From: Epithemia pelagica | Lineage: Eukaryota > Protista > Bacillariophyta | Length of the DNA stretch: 64,000 nt | Assembly: GCA_946965045.2 (NCBI GenBank) | Contig: OX337237.1 | Location: forward strand, 868,001 to 932,000 | Direction: 5' to 3' | Shown: one piece after another, positions 30,301-41,958 of the stretch | Layout: every line of letters begins with the position of its first letter | How positions within the stretch are numbered: position 1 is the stretch's first letter | Translations under genes and position numbers: made by a program | Notes under the pieces: model-generated | What the model was told of the DNA's origin: nothing | Databases searched by the model: none | What the model saw: only the letters and a program-made list of their open reading frames with translations

Positions 30301-33300
30301 TGGATTGTTGGGTTGCCTTTCTGTTTTATTGTCGTGTGAAGCTCTCGGTTATCCGTGCCTTTCGTTTGTGGCCCGCCTCCTTTGGCGTCTTGGTTGCCAC
30401 CTACCGGTTCTGTTTTGTTGGTTCCCGTTGGCCATGTGTGTGACCTCTATTTGCCCCAAACTGGAAGCCCGTGCCCAGTCTTGGTTCTACGGCCCACCAA
30501 GTCAAGACCAAACGCTCCCTTGGACACCCTTTTGGCGTCTCATTGAACTGACTCTGTTCCCCTCCTCATCTTTTGCCTCACGAGACGGAGAGAGGAAGCA
30601 GCCAACTGGTCATCCACCATGTTATGGCATCAGCTCCATTCCGGTTGATTGTCAAGACAAATTCGTTCGGAACCCAGACCAGCCGTCAATATCGATCACG
30701 TATCGATCAAAAGATGAGCACCCGACAAGACGGTACATCCTCGACCACCCTTTTCGCACATTCACCGAGCAATACAAATACCGACAGAGGAAGATGTACG
30801 AGTACATCTTGAAGAAACCTGAGCGAGACCGATACCGTTCACCAAATCACCCCGACTCATTGCTGGACACAGAGCATCTCCGAATGGCATGCGTGGCAGC
30901 AGCGAAAGTGTTCAACAAACTACACAAGCTGTCAAAATGGAACGAAGCACGGCAGAGAAAGTTTCAACCGAACAAGACAAACAAGAAAAACAAATGGAAC
31001 AAGAACAAGAGTAAAAGGAAAGATGAGAACGAACTCAACCTTGGAAGTGCGCGCAAGAGTTTACCTTCGAAGCTCATGGCATGTAGTGCAATCAAACACT
31101 ACAGTGCCGCTCTCAAGATGGCTCTCCAAGCTCCATCCAAGTTTTGTGGTTCCATGACCGACTTGACCATGTTCCCGATTGTTTGGGATTCGGGTGCAAG
31201 CACAGCTGTCTCATTCTGCAAGAAAGACTTTGCTGGACCAATTGAACCACTCAAAGATGAAGAAATGCAATTGAGTGGAGTCGCACAAGAAGTGAAAGTT
31301 GAGGGAACAGGGCATGTCAAGTGGTCTATGATGGACGAAAGTGGTGGATTGCGTACCTTTGTTCTGCCTGCACTCCATGTGCCACTGTCAACGATCTGTC
31401 TGTTGAGCACAACACATCTGCTGCAAACCTATCCAGGTGAATCGATCACTCAAACTAAATCTAGTGTGAGATTGTCAGGCATCAAAGACGACCCAAAGCG
31501 ACGCAGTATCCGAGTCCATATTGACCCAGAAAACAACTTACCTCAGTGTTATGGGTACACGGACAAAGGAATCAAGAAAGCAACACGAGCAATGGCAAAC
31601 ACCGTCTCGTGTGTTGACGATGCCAATCTGAACCTGTCCGCCCCTTCAAAGGAATGGCTCAAGTGGCACTACCGTCTTGGGCATGTGAGCTTTCGTAAAT
31701 TACAAATGTTGTCTCGAAGCGGAGTTTTGGCTGCCACTGAATCTGCCAAACGATTGCACACTGCCATTTGTAAATTGGTCACTCCTCCTTTATGCGCTGC
31801 GTGTCAATACGGTCGACAGAAGCTACGTTCAAGTCCAGGACAGAAGACGATCAAGATCCAAGACAACGAAGGAGCTTTGAAACGAGAGAACTTGTTTGCT
31901 GGACAGTGTGTGTCTGCCGACCATTTTGTGAATTCCACCAAGGGTCGTCTGTTTACATCAAAAGGAAAGACAAAAGAAGACAAGATGTACTCAGGAGGAT
32001 GCATTTTTGTTGATCATGCAAGCGGCTATGTCTTTGTCGCGTTTCAGACCCACCTTAACACGCACGAAACGTTGAAAGCCAAGGACGCCTTCGAGAAGCA
32101 TTGCAGTGATGTTGGTGTTGTGGTCCAACAGTATCACACCGACAATGGGAGCGCCTTCACTTCGGCCATATACACCGACCATCTCAAACAATTTCGGCAA
32201 ATCACTTCGTGTGCCGGAGTTGGAGCGCACCATCACAACGGTGTGGCCGAACGGGCCATCCAGACGATCATGTCGATCAGTCGGACGATGATGCTGCACT
32301 CGAGCATCCATGGGGTCGACGTGGCGGATCCGTCGCTGTGGCCCATGGCCATCCAACATGCCGTCTTCCTCTTCAATCGATTTCCCAACACTGACACTGG
32401 AATCAGCCCCTTTGACTTGTTCACCAGGACCCGATGGGAGCAACGTCGTTTCCATGATTGTCACGTTTGGGGATCGCCAGTCTATGTGTTGGACAAGACC
32501 ATCGTCAACGGAAAGAAGATCCCTCGCTGGAAACCAAGGTCGACTCGTGGAATGTTTGTCGGGTTCAGCAACCAACACGCCCATTCTTCGCCACTTGTTC
32601 TGGACCTTGAGACCGGTGCCATTACTCCCCAGTATCACTTGATCTTTGATGACTGGTTTGCAACCGTCACCGCCACTGATTCTTCTGATCGAGCCGCTAC
32701 CGCCGACGCTGTCCTGACCAAGATCTTTGGCGACTTGTCAAACCATCTACATGCACCAGGATACGAGAGTTGTGATGGCGATGACTCCGAGGACTGGTAT
32801 TCTGTTTCGGATGCAACATCCTTTCACCGTCACTCGCAAAATGTAAAAAAAATCTCTGAAGCCATTGATCACACGTCCCCAATCGTTCCCTTAGCCGTGC
32901 CACCTTTACCAGCACGTGCCTCCAGTCCCTTGACACCGTCGCGAGTCACACCGGCAACACCTTTTCCGACTGTCACGCCGTCCGTGCCTACTCCGGTTGC
33001 ACAGTCTGAGTCTGTTGAGCCTCCTAACGACACGAGTCCGCGCAAGGTGAGCTTCGCTGAGCCACCTGTCTCCGATCTCGTCCCCGTTTCGTCGGTTCAG
33101 AGGGAGAGTGAACCAAGTGTTGATCCAGTTGAGACTCCATCACCCAAACCAGCTGCTACCGTGACACCATCGCCCAAGACCCCGCCATCTTCTCGTCAGA
33201 GGGAGTCTACTCCACCACCAGTACGTCGCTCCGGTCGAGAACGCAAACCTACAACGAGACTCATTGAAACTATGACGGCTGCCTTTCGCTTCTCCGTTTC

Positions 33301-34351
33301 ACCGTTTCTCAACGCATGGATGGCATCATCTACAGCAAGTTTTGGTACACCACCGTCTCCTACTATGTTTAAGGCTGCTAAAAGTGATCCTGACACCTTG
33401 TTTTACCAAGAAGCAATGGCAACTGACGAATATTTGGGATGGTGCAAGGCTGCAAACAGGGAAATTGATGAGTTGACCGAAAAGGGAACATGGAAGGAAG
33501 TCCCTGCAAGCGAAGCAAAGACAAGAATCATTCCTGGCACGTGGGTATTCAAGAGGAAGAGGCACCCTGACGGCACCATGAAAAAGTATAAGGCAAGATA
33601 CTGTGTCAGAGGTGACCTTCAAGAAGGAACATTCGAGACGTACTCACCTGTCGCCTCATGGACCACCATTCGGATTGTTTTGGTTTTGGCCCTTACCCTC
33701 GGTTGGGTAATGGTGTGTGTCGATTTCAGTAATGCCTTTGTGCAGGCCGAGCTTGACGAGCCAATCTGGATTCAAATTCCAAAAGGGTGCCATTCAACGT
33801 CGTCCGTACCAACATGCCTCCAACTGTTGAAGAGTCTGTATGGTTTGTCCGTGGCCCCTCGGTTGTGGTATCTGAAGTTGAAACAGGCCTTACTTGATGA
33901 TGGGTTCCAACAAAGCAACCATGACGAATGCTTGTTTCTGAAGGAAGACATGATTGTGTTCTTGTGGGTTGACGATTGTGGGATCATCGCAAAGACCATG
34001 CAAATTGTTGACAACTTCATCAAGAGATTGGAAAAGGCAGGGTTTGCTTTGACAAAGGACAGTGACTTTGCCGAGTACCTTGGCATCAACTTCGCGCACA
34101 ACAAAGAGGATGGCACCATCAGCATGACGCAACCAGGATTAATCAAGAAAATTGTTGCGGCAACTGGGATGGAGAACTGCAACCCAAATCGAATACCAGC
34201 AGCACAAGCAGCACTTGGAAGCGACGAAGATGGACCACCCATGGCAGAACAATGGCACTATCGATCCATCGTCGGAATGTTGTTGTATCTTTCAAACAAC
34301 ACCCGACCCGACATTGCCTTCGCCGTCTCGCAAGTTGCCCGATTCTCCAAC
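27368..34351 (+). CDS. Gag-Pol polyprotein of outer element (gag, PR, IN, RT), truncated by the insertion
   Basis: Zn motif WCGVCRRWTTNH; PR WDSGAS; IN ADHF/HTDNG/NGVAER; RT YKARYCVRGD, DFSNAFVQ, SLYGLS, LWVDD. Confidence 0.95.
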
Positions 34352-35134
34352 TGTTAGAATTCTCACCGTCTATGGTGGTTAGATTCTACATCTCATCGAT
34401 TCCCCATGTCACATAGCCTCGTGCTATCGCATCATGCCATATAGCTTCGAGCTATGTTCCCTAGCTTCGTGCTATATCGACCTATATTTCTTCGCAAATC
34501 ATGAAAAGTGAGAATAGATTGACGAACTCACTCTCAAGACTAAACTGGGTCGTGCGGTATTACAACGGACATAAATTTGGCCGTTGCTCGGACATTATAC
34601 TAACGCCCTAAGCGTACGCGCCCGAAATCATCGAGCGCGCCCAAGCGACATCCGAGCGCTATCGGCATCTATCCGATCCAACGGTCTAAGTATCCCAAGC
34701 ACGACACACGATCACGCGAGACCATATTTCCATTCCCACAATCTCCAAATTGTCAACAAGCTGCGCGCCATGAAAACAACTATGCCGACCCAAAGCAAGA
34801 GCTGTTGACCCTGTATATGTTATCCGCCCACATATACATGTCATATACATCACATGAATCGACTCCAACTATTCCAAACCTGTTGCCGCCAAGAACCTAT
34901 GACACATGACCCTTGGCAGGACCGAACATTTCACGTAGACCTATTGTAGTAATCAACACACAATCTAACAATATCACCATTTATCACATCCTCTTTTGTG
35001 TCCCGACTATCCTTCTGATAGACTTCGACTTGCTTGCTTCTCTGACCCTGAGAAGCTTGTATCGGTTGGTGACCTACCTGATTGTCTGCTCTACCGAGCA
35101 TCAATGTCCCTACGATTCAGAAAGAATTGTAACA
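34352..35134 (+). repeat. 5' LTR of inner element
   Basis: TGTTAGAAT...TGTAACA. Confidence 0.97.
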
Positions 35135-35149
35135 GATTAACAGTCTCAA
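35135..35149 (+). promoter_or_regulatory. PBS GATTAACAGTCTCAA (tRNA-Asn anticodon arm complement)
   Basis: Abuts the LTR; its reverse complement TTGAGA-CTGTTAA-TC has the C32-U33-GUU-A37-A38 loop. Confidence 0.78.
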
Positions 35150-35170
35150 AGCTTATTTCCTTGTGGTTTC

Positions 35171-35950
35171 ATGGATACTAACGAGATTATCACTCCTGTA
35201 CGACAGATCTATCGAGCCAACCTGCATCCCGGGCAGCCCGATACCCTGGTGCAGCAGGAACTGGTGCCGACGCCGAAGGCAGCCAACACATCGGTCAACA
35301 TCTCCGTCGACAGTTCCAACAGCAACCCATTCGAGACTCCAACCCAGCCTCACGCTCCGATCCCTGCGCCGTTGCTTCGGTCCCCGAGTCCGCCTCGTCG
35401 GCTCGTCCCTTCTCGATCCCGTCGTACCACCCGGTTGATTGCTGATCATATCAAGTACTTCCGCCAACCAACTTGTTCGACCTTCGATCCCGAGATCATC
35501 CGTGGGGAGACCCAGATCGAACGCCAGTTCCAATCGGTGACCCACATCGTCGACCAAGAAGACATTGACCGTCTGAACGACCAACTTCATCGTTCTCCGA
35601 GGCGTCGCCTCATCTTTGCCGCCCTCTCGGGCAACCCCATCCGTACTGTCCACCTCCGCTTCCTAACCTTCGAGCGCCCAACTGGATACTACAATACCAT
35701 CCACGTCGTGAACGCGACGACTTGCCCTCTGCCTCCTAACGTTGTACGCCTAGATAACTACGTTGCCTACATCCACGAGGTCCATACTATCGAGGACCAT
35801 CGTGCAACTATCTACCCTTTGCGTACCGAGGTCGAGAACCACCTGGCTGAAGGTGATACCCCTTCTTCTGTTGCTTGTGCTGCCCCATCTGAGCCTGGAA
35901 GCGACTCTGATCATTCGGAAGAGGGTGAGGATTCGGAGACCGAAGCTTAA
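35171..35950 (+). CDS. Extra upstream ORF0 (259 aa, unknown function) of inner element
   Basis: Intact ATG ORF between PBS and gag, with a Pro/Ser-rich N-terminus and acidic tail. Confidence 0.62.
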   Translation: MDTNEIITPVRQIYRANLHPGQPDTLVQQELVPTPKAANTSVNISVDSSNSNPFETPTQPHAPIPAPLLRSPSPPRRLVPSRSRRTTRLIADHIKYFRQPTCSTFDPEIIRGETQIERQFQSVTHIVDQEDIDRLNDQLHRSPRRRLIFAALSGNPIRTVHLRFLTFERPTGYYNTIHVVNATTCPLPPNVVRLDNYVAYIHEVHTIEDHRATIYPLRTEVENHLAEGDTPSSVACAAPSEPGSDSDHSEEGEDSETEA

Positions 35951-36270
35951 TTACTCATAGTTAACTCCCGTCCTCTCAAAACCTTTCCAAGACTTAAACT
36001 CAACGCACATCCGGGTACCCTTGGTCGCACAACACGCCACACATTCCCGTCAAATCGCGAAAATTCGGCGAAAATTTGTTGAAACTCGGCGAAAATTTGT
36101 CGAAATCAACGGAAATTTCCAGGAGTCGCACATCACAACACACATCCGGGTATCACATACGTGGTACATACGTGGCACACGTGGTACATCCGGGTTCACA
36201 TCACATCACACATTAAATAAACCACATCACACCGCACATTAAATAAACATCGAACCAACCAAATAACACC

Positions 36271-39200
36271 ATGGATCCTCAATCACCCAAGACACCTACG
36301 ACTCCTAAGGGAGAAGATAACCAAGACAATGTCTCGGACACAGACCTATTCGACCACATCATATTTACTGTCTGCCAATTCTTCACCAAAGAAAGGGCCG
36401 ACTACTTAATGAAGTGGATGAAATACCATGGTTTTGAGAACATTACCCATGTTATCTCGTATATGCAAACTAATACCGAGGAATCCATGAAGGAACTGAC
36501 ACAATACAAGGTCAACAAACAGACACATGATCTACAAGGCCCCACAAGACAGCAGATCAAGCTCTTGGCTTATTGGGCCACATACAAGACCAATGAAATT
36601 CAAGACGAGCTATCCAATAGCGACTGGATGAACCTAACGAGGAAAGAGTTCAACACTTGGAGGATCAACACAGATTTCTCTAAGGGACCACCTAGCCAAG
36701 TCCCAGTCTCGCCAATGAAGTCACCGTCATCTGTGAAATCTGTCAGCACAGTTACTGCCGCATCCCAATCTCAACAAGACCTTACAGCATTCAGAAAGGG
36801 AACTAAGCGCGACGCAACTGCATATGAGGTATTCAAGGATGAACGATACTACGATTCATTCTGGCGTGTATTCAAGACTACAGCTAAGGCTCAAGGCCTA
36901 TCCAACGTTCTGAATTTCAAATACACACCACCCCATGATGATGAGTATGCCGAAGAACTTTTTCAAGAGCAACAAGTATTTCTTTACTCCGTTCTTGTCC
37001 GTATCATTCAGACTGACCAAGGTCGAGCCTATGTACGTGAACATGAACATGATGAAGATGCGCGTGCCGTATTGCAGAAGTTACACTCTTTGCATACCGA
37101 ATCCGACCTAGCAAAGCGAGAAGTCCTCCGCTTAACCAACTACATTTCCAATCTACGTCTTGACGACACATGGCGCGGAACAACACGTCAATTTCTTCTA
37201 CACTTTCAAGAGCAGCTACGTTTGCTAGACAATTTAGTGACATTGTCTGACCGCATCCCTGATCATACCAGGATGACCTTCCTCATGCAAGCTGTAGAAA
37301 AGGTACCTGATCTCCGCCGAGTCAAGATCTTGGATAATGTGGTGAACACCAAATCCGGTGCAAAATCCCTTTGCTATCAATCATACTTCCGTCTCCTTCT
37401 AGACGCAGCTTATGACCATGATCAAGCAACCCAGTCATCTGTTCATAGTCGCCGTCGACATGTCAAACAACATGAATCACTATATGGCCAAGATACAGAT
37501 GCTGACATAACCTCACAAGATGATATGGAGTATCATGTCCACAACACCAAAGCGACATCTGAATCTCGATCCTCTTCGTCCAAGGTTAGTCTACCGCGTG
37601 ACCTATGGTTCAAACTTTCTGAAGAAGATCGCAAGTTGATCATTGAGTATAACAAGATGATTCAAGCACCTTCATCAACAACACCGAGGACAGTGCAAAC
37701 ACATGCCCTCGACATTGATCCGGAACCTGATCCTGACCCCAACCAAGTTGCATCTGATGACGACTCACCTGGCGTAGTCCCTGAGCATTCAGATGATTCA
37801 GATCCGGTTACACAATTTATCAACCAAGCCATGACGACTGATATCAATCACCCGGCAACTGACCTGACTAGTGTTCTTTCTAACGCCAAGTCCAAGACGA
37901 GCAAGAAGGTTACTTTCAAAGCCAACATGCATAAACAAGCAGGACATGTTCCACGCTATTTGTTTTCCAGGAAATCTACTTTACCAGGAAATCAATTGAT
38001 TGACCGTGGTGCTAATGGAGGACTTGCTGGTTCTGACATGCGCATCCTTTCTAAGACTGGCCGCCATATCACTATTGTGGGTATTGATAACCATGAACTT
38101 ACTGGACTTCCTGTCGTCACATGTGCCGCAAAGTTTGAGACCAATGATGGACCTATTGTCGGCATCTTCAATGAATATGCTTATTATGGGAAGGGCTTAT
38201 CTATCCATGCTCCTGGTCAATTCGAGCATTTCGGACTTGCTGTTGATGAACGATCTGTTAAAGTTGATGGTAAACAACGCATCACTACACTTGATGGTCG
38301 TGCCATACCCCTTCACATCAAGGATGGGTTAGCCTACATCCACTCCTTGGGTATCCCCAGCGACGATGACATGGATACCTTACCTCAGATCATCTTCACG
38401 TCACCCGACACATGGGATCCTGGTGTTCTGGACCATTCGTATTCTCCCACACCCTCTGACAATGATCCTGATTGGAAACACGTCAAGACTGATGGTAGTA
38501 TGTCGAACCATCCATATGACAACTATGGGGAGTACACTGATCGTGTTGTTTGTAACCTCAATCTCCTTTTGGATCTCCCATACGATCATGGACCTGACGA
38601 CGCACCCTTCTTTTCTATCTATGCTGACGCAGAAGGTAATGATCCTACACTTCATGCCTCTGTCCACCGTCGTTACCAGGAAGCGTATGACTGGAAGAAG
38701 TTCCGTCCATTCTTTGGTTGGCAATCTGAAGATGTTATTGCCGATACGTTCAAGCACACTACACGTAATGGTAGCATTACTTTTGACCACGACACCCTCA
38801 AGAAACATTTCAAGGCTCGCAATCCGGTCCTTAATATACCTCGACGCCATGAACCCGTTGCTACTGACTCGGTTTTCTCCGACACCCCTGCTGTTGACCA
38901 TGGCGGTAAAGTCGCACAAATCTTTGTTGGTCGAGATACTCTGGTTACTGATATCTATGGGATCAAGTCAACCAAACAGTTTGTCAATACTCTTCAGGAC
39001 AACATCCGGTTTCGTGGTGCCATGGAGACTCTTATCAGTGATGGTGGTTCATCTCTCATCTCTCAAAAGGTTAAAGACATTCTTCGCACTTTGCTTATTG
39101 GGGAGTATCGATCCGAACCTTATCATCAACACCAGAATAAGGCTGAAAACCGTTACCAGACCGTTAAACGTATGACCAACACTCTCATGAATGCCACTGG

Positions 39201-41958
39201 TTGCCCTGCCAACACCTGGCTTCTTTGCCTTGAGTATGTCTGTGACTTATTGAACCATACGTCATCACCCACCCACTCCGGTCGCACTCCTCTTGAGGCT
39301 CTCTCCGGACGCCCACCCGACATTACTCATCTCTTGTTCTTTCCTTTCTGGGATGAGGTTTACTACCGTGTCGACCCCGCTGAACCCAATTCCGGTTCAT
39401 ATCCATCTTCTTCTGATGAGAAACTTGGCCACTGGGTTGGTTTTGCTCACAACGTTGGTGATTCTTTTACTTGGAAGATTCTCACCCAGGATCACCAGAT
39501 AATCTACCGTTCTGCCGTTCGCCGTGTTGAATCCACTACACCTAACCTACGTGTGGATCGACCTTCAGGGGAGGATTCGTCTGAGAAGGATGACAATGAT
39601 AAGCAAGCTGACACTGTCTTCATTCGCAGTGATAGTGAAGATCCATCCAAACCAATGCCCACGATCGATTTTGACGACATGATAGGACGCACATTCCTAT
39701 GCGACACAGAAGAAAATGGGGAGCGACACCGTGCACGTGTCATCAAACGAGTCATTGATCTTAATGAAGAAGCAACGAAACAGGAAGAACGTGTCAAGTA
39801 CATCTACCGAAAGACAAATTCTGATGTTGATGAGATGATATCCTATAATCAACTCATGGAGTATATCGAACGAGATAACCAAGCTCAAACCTCTGGAGAT
39901 AATCTTTTCAGGTTCAGGGACGTCATTGCCCATCAAGGCCCACTGAACACAACTGATCCAGATTACAAGGGGAGCAAATATAATTTGCTTGTTGATTGGG
40001 AAACTGGGGAGACTACCTATGAACCTTTATCACTCATCGCCAATGATGATCCGATCACTGTAGCAATTTATGGAAAGAAACATGATTTACTCAACGAACC
40101 TGGATGGAAGCATTTGAAACGTTATGTCAAAACAAGCAAACGTCTCATTCGAGCAGCCAAACAGTCAAGGATTAAACAAGTTCACCATTCCGTCAAGTAT
40201 AAGTTTGGATTTCAAGTACCACGCAATTATGAGGAAGCTGTCGCTCTTGATAAACAACATGGTAACACAAAGTGGCAAGATGCAACAGAATTAGAATTGT
40301 CACAGATCCAGTCCTACAAGACATTCAAGGATTTTGGGAAAGCCATCTTCATTAAAGGGAAAGTATCCAATGCACCTGAAGGATATCATAAGATACGTGT
40401 ACATCTTGTCTTTGACGTAAAACATGATGGACGACATAAAGCAAGACTTGTCGCAGATGGACATCTCACAAAAGAACCTGTTGAGACAATCTATTCAGGT
40501 GTTGTTTCCATTCGCAACCTCCGCATCGCCTTATTCCTGGGTACTTTGAATGACTTGGAAATATGGGGAGCAGATATTGGAAACGCATATCTGGAAGCCT
40601 TGACAGGGGAGAAAATTTTCATTGTCGCAGGACCTGAATTCAAGGAATTAGAAGGTCACATCCTGATTATATACAAGGCACTTTATGGATTGAAGTCATC
40701 AGGCGCACGCTGGCATGATGTCTTATTCGATGTTTTGACAGACATGGGATTTTCACCAAGCAAAGCAGATCCAGATATCTGGATGAGGAAAGCACCTGGA
40801 GAAGACTGTTACGAATACATTGCCGTATACGTTGATGACTTAGCCATTATTTCTACTGATCCTGGGAATATCTGTAAGATCCTGAAGGAGAAATACAACT
40901 TCAAACTCAAAGGAGATGGACCTATTGATTTCCACTTGGGATGTTGTTACACCAAGGATTCTGATGGAACATTAGTAGCAGATCCAAGACGCTACATTGG
41001 TAAGATGATGGACACTTTCGAACGAATCTTCAAGGAAAAACCCAAGAAAGCCAAAACACCTCTTATTGAAGGAGACCATCCTGAATTGGATGATTCTGAG
41101 CTCCTTGATGAAGAAGGTACTAACCATTTCCAAACTCTGATTGGACAACTCCAATGGGTGATCACTATTGGTCGTTTCGACGTCTTCACCGCTACAATGA
41201 CGCTATCACGCTTTCGTGCTGCTCCGAGGAAAGGACATCTTGATAGAGCCAAGCGTATCTATGGATACCTTGCACATCTCCCAGAAGGCGCAATCAGATT
41301 TAGGATTGGAGAGCCTGATTATTCAAGTCTTCCTACCCAAGAATTTGATTGGACTCGCACTGTCTATTCGAATGCAAGTGAACGTATTCCTGAAGACTGC
41401 CCAACACCTCTTGGCCGCTATGTTACCACAACTCATTATGTTGATGCCAATCTCATGCATGACATAGTCACTGGTAAATCCGTCACTGCTGTTCTACATT
41501 TGTTGAACGGAACACCTATTGACTGGTACAGCAAGAGACAGAGCACGGTGGAAACTGCTACCTATGGATCCGAGTTTGTGGCTGCAAGGACAGCAATAGA
41601 TCAGATTACAGAATTACGACATTCTCTCCGCTACCTTGGAGTACCTATCCGAGAGCGAAGTTACATGTACGGAGATAACAGATCTGTTGTGCTCAATGCA
41701 ACCGTTCCTCATTCCATACTATCCAAGAGACACCATCTTCTGTCATACCACCGAGTTCGTGAAGCCATCGCAGCAAAGTATGTTGCATTCTACTGGAAAG
41801 ATGGAAAGACCAACCCTGCCGATATCCTTAGCAAACATTGGGATTTCGTATCTATTTGGCCCATGCTCAAGCCATTGTTGTTTTGGAAAGGAGAAGTTCA
41901 AGACCTCAACAAATCCAATGATGACAAGGCTGAAACGACGAGTTGTGGGGAGTGTTAG
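36271..41958 (+). CDS. Gag-Pol polyprotein (gag, PR, IN, chromo-like domain, RT, RNase H)
   Basis: PR LIDRGANGG; IN ATDSVF/ISDGG/AENRY; RT ADIGNAYL, ALYGLKSSG, YVDDL; RH YVDANL, TYGSEF, GDNRS, ADILSK. The stop lies in the first bases of the 3' LTR. Confidence 0.97.
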   Translation: MDPQSPKTPTTPKGEDNQDNVSDTDLFDHIIFTVCQFFTKERADYLMKWMKYHGFENITHVISYMQTNTEESMKELTQYKVNKQTHDLQGPTRQQIKLLAYWATYKTNEIQDELSNSDWMNLTRKEFNTWRINTDFSKGPPSQVPVSPMKSPSSVKSVSTVTAASQSQQDLTAFRKGTKRDATAYEVFKDERYYDSFWRVFKTTAKAQGLSNVLNFKYTPPHDDEYAEELFQEQQVFLYSVLVRIIQTDQGRAYVREHEHDEDARAVLQKLHSLHTESDLAKREVLRLTNYISNLRLDDTWRGTTRQFLLHFQEQLRLLDNLVTLSDRIPDHTRMTFLMQAVEKVPDLRRVKILDNVVNTKSGAKSLCYQSYFRLLLDAAYDHDQATQSSVHSRRRHVKQHESLYGQDTDADITSQDDMEYHVHNTKATSESRSSSSKVSLPRDLWFKLSEEDRKLIIEYNKMIQAPSSTTPRTVQTHALDIDPEPDPDPNQVASDDDSPGVVPEHSDDSDPVTQFINQAMTTDINHPATDLTSVLSNAKSKTSKKVTFKANMHKQAGHVPRYLFSRKSTLPGNQLIDRGANGGLAGSDMRILSKTGRHITIVGIDNHELTGLPVVTCAAKFETNDGPIVGIFNEYAYYGKGLSIHAPGQFEHFGLAVDERSVKVDGKQRITTLDGRAIPLHIKDGLAYIHSLGIPSDDDMDTLPQIIFTSPDTWDPGVLDHSYSPTPSDNDPDWKHVKTDGSMSNHPYDNYGEYTDRVVCNLNLLLDLPYDHGPDDAPFFSIYADAEGNDPTLHASVHRRYQEAYDWKKFRPFFGWQSEDVIADTFKHTTRNGSITFDHDTLKKHFKARNPVLNIPRRHEPVATDSVFSDTPAVDHGGKVAQIFVGRDTLVTDIYGIKSTKQFVNTLQDNIRFRGAMETLISDGGSSLISQKVKDILRTLLIGEYRSEPYHQHQNKAENRYQTVKRMTNTLMNATGCPANTWLLCLEYVCDLLNHTSSPTHSGRTPLEALSGRPPDITHLLFFPFWDEVYYRVDPAEPNSGSYPSSSDEKLGHWVGFAHNVGDSFTWKILTQDHQIIYRSAVRRVESTTPNLRVDRPSGEDSSEKDDNDKQADTVFIRSDSEDPSKPMPTIDFDDMIGRTFLCDTEENGERHRARVIKRVIDLNEEATKQEERVKYIYRKTNSDVDEMISYNQLMEYIERDNQAQTSGDNLFRFRDVIAHQGPLNTTDPDYKGSKYNLLVDWETGETTYEPLSLIANDDPITVAIYGKKHDLLNEPGWKHLKRYVKTSKRLIRAAKQSRIKQVHHSVKYKFGFQVPRNYEEAVALDKQHGNTKWQDATELELSQIQSYKTFKDFGKAIFIKGKVSNAPEGYHKIRVHLVFDVKHDGRHKARLVADGHLTKEPVETIYSGVVSIRNLRIALFLGTLNDLEIWGADIGNAYLEALTGEKIFIVAGPEFKELEGHILIIYKALYGLKSSGARWHDVLFDVLTDMGFSPSKADPDIWMRKAPGEDCYEYIAVYVDDLAIISTDPGNICKILKEKYNFKLKGDGPIDFHLGCCYTKDSDGTLVADPRRYIGKMMDTFERIFKEKPKKAKTPLIEGDHPELDDSELLDEEGTNHFQTLIGQLQWVITIGRFDVFTATMTLSRFRAAPRKGHLDRAKRIYGYLAHLPEGAIRFRIGEPDYSSLPTQEFDWTRTVYSNASERIPEDCPTPLGRYVTTTHYVDANLMHDIVTGKSVTAVLHLLNGTPIDWYSKRQSTVETATYGSEFVAARTAIDQITELRHSLRYLGVPIRERSYMYGDNRSVVLNATVPHSILSKRHHLLSYHRVREAIAAKYVAFYWKDGKTNPADILSKHWDFVSIWPMLKPLLFWKGEVQDLNKSNDDKAETTSCGEC

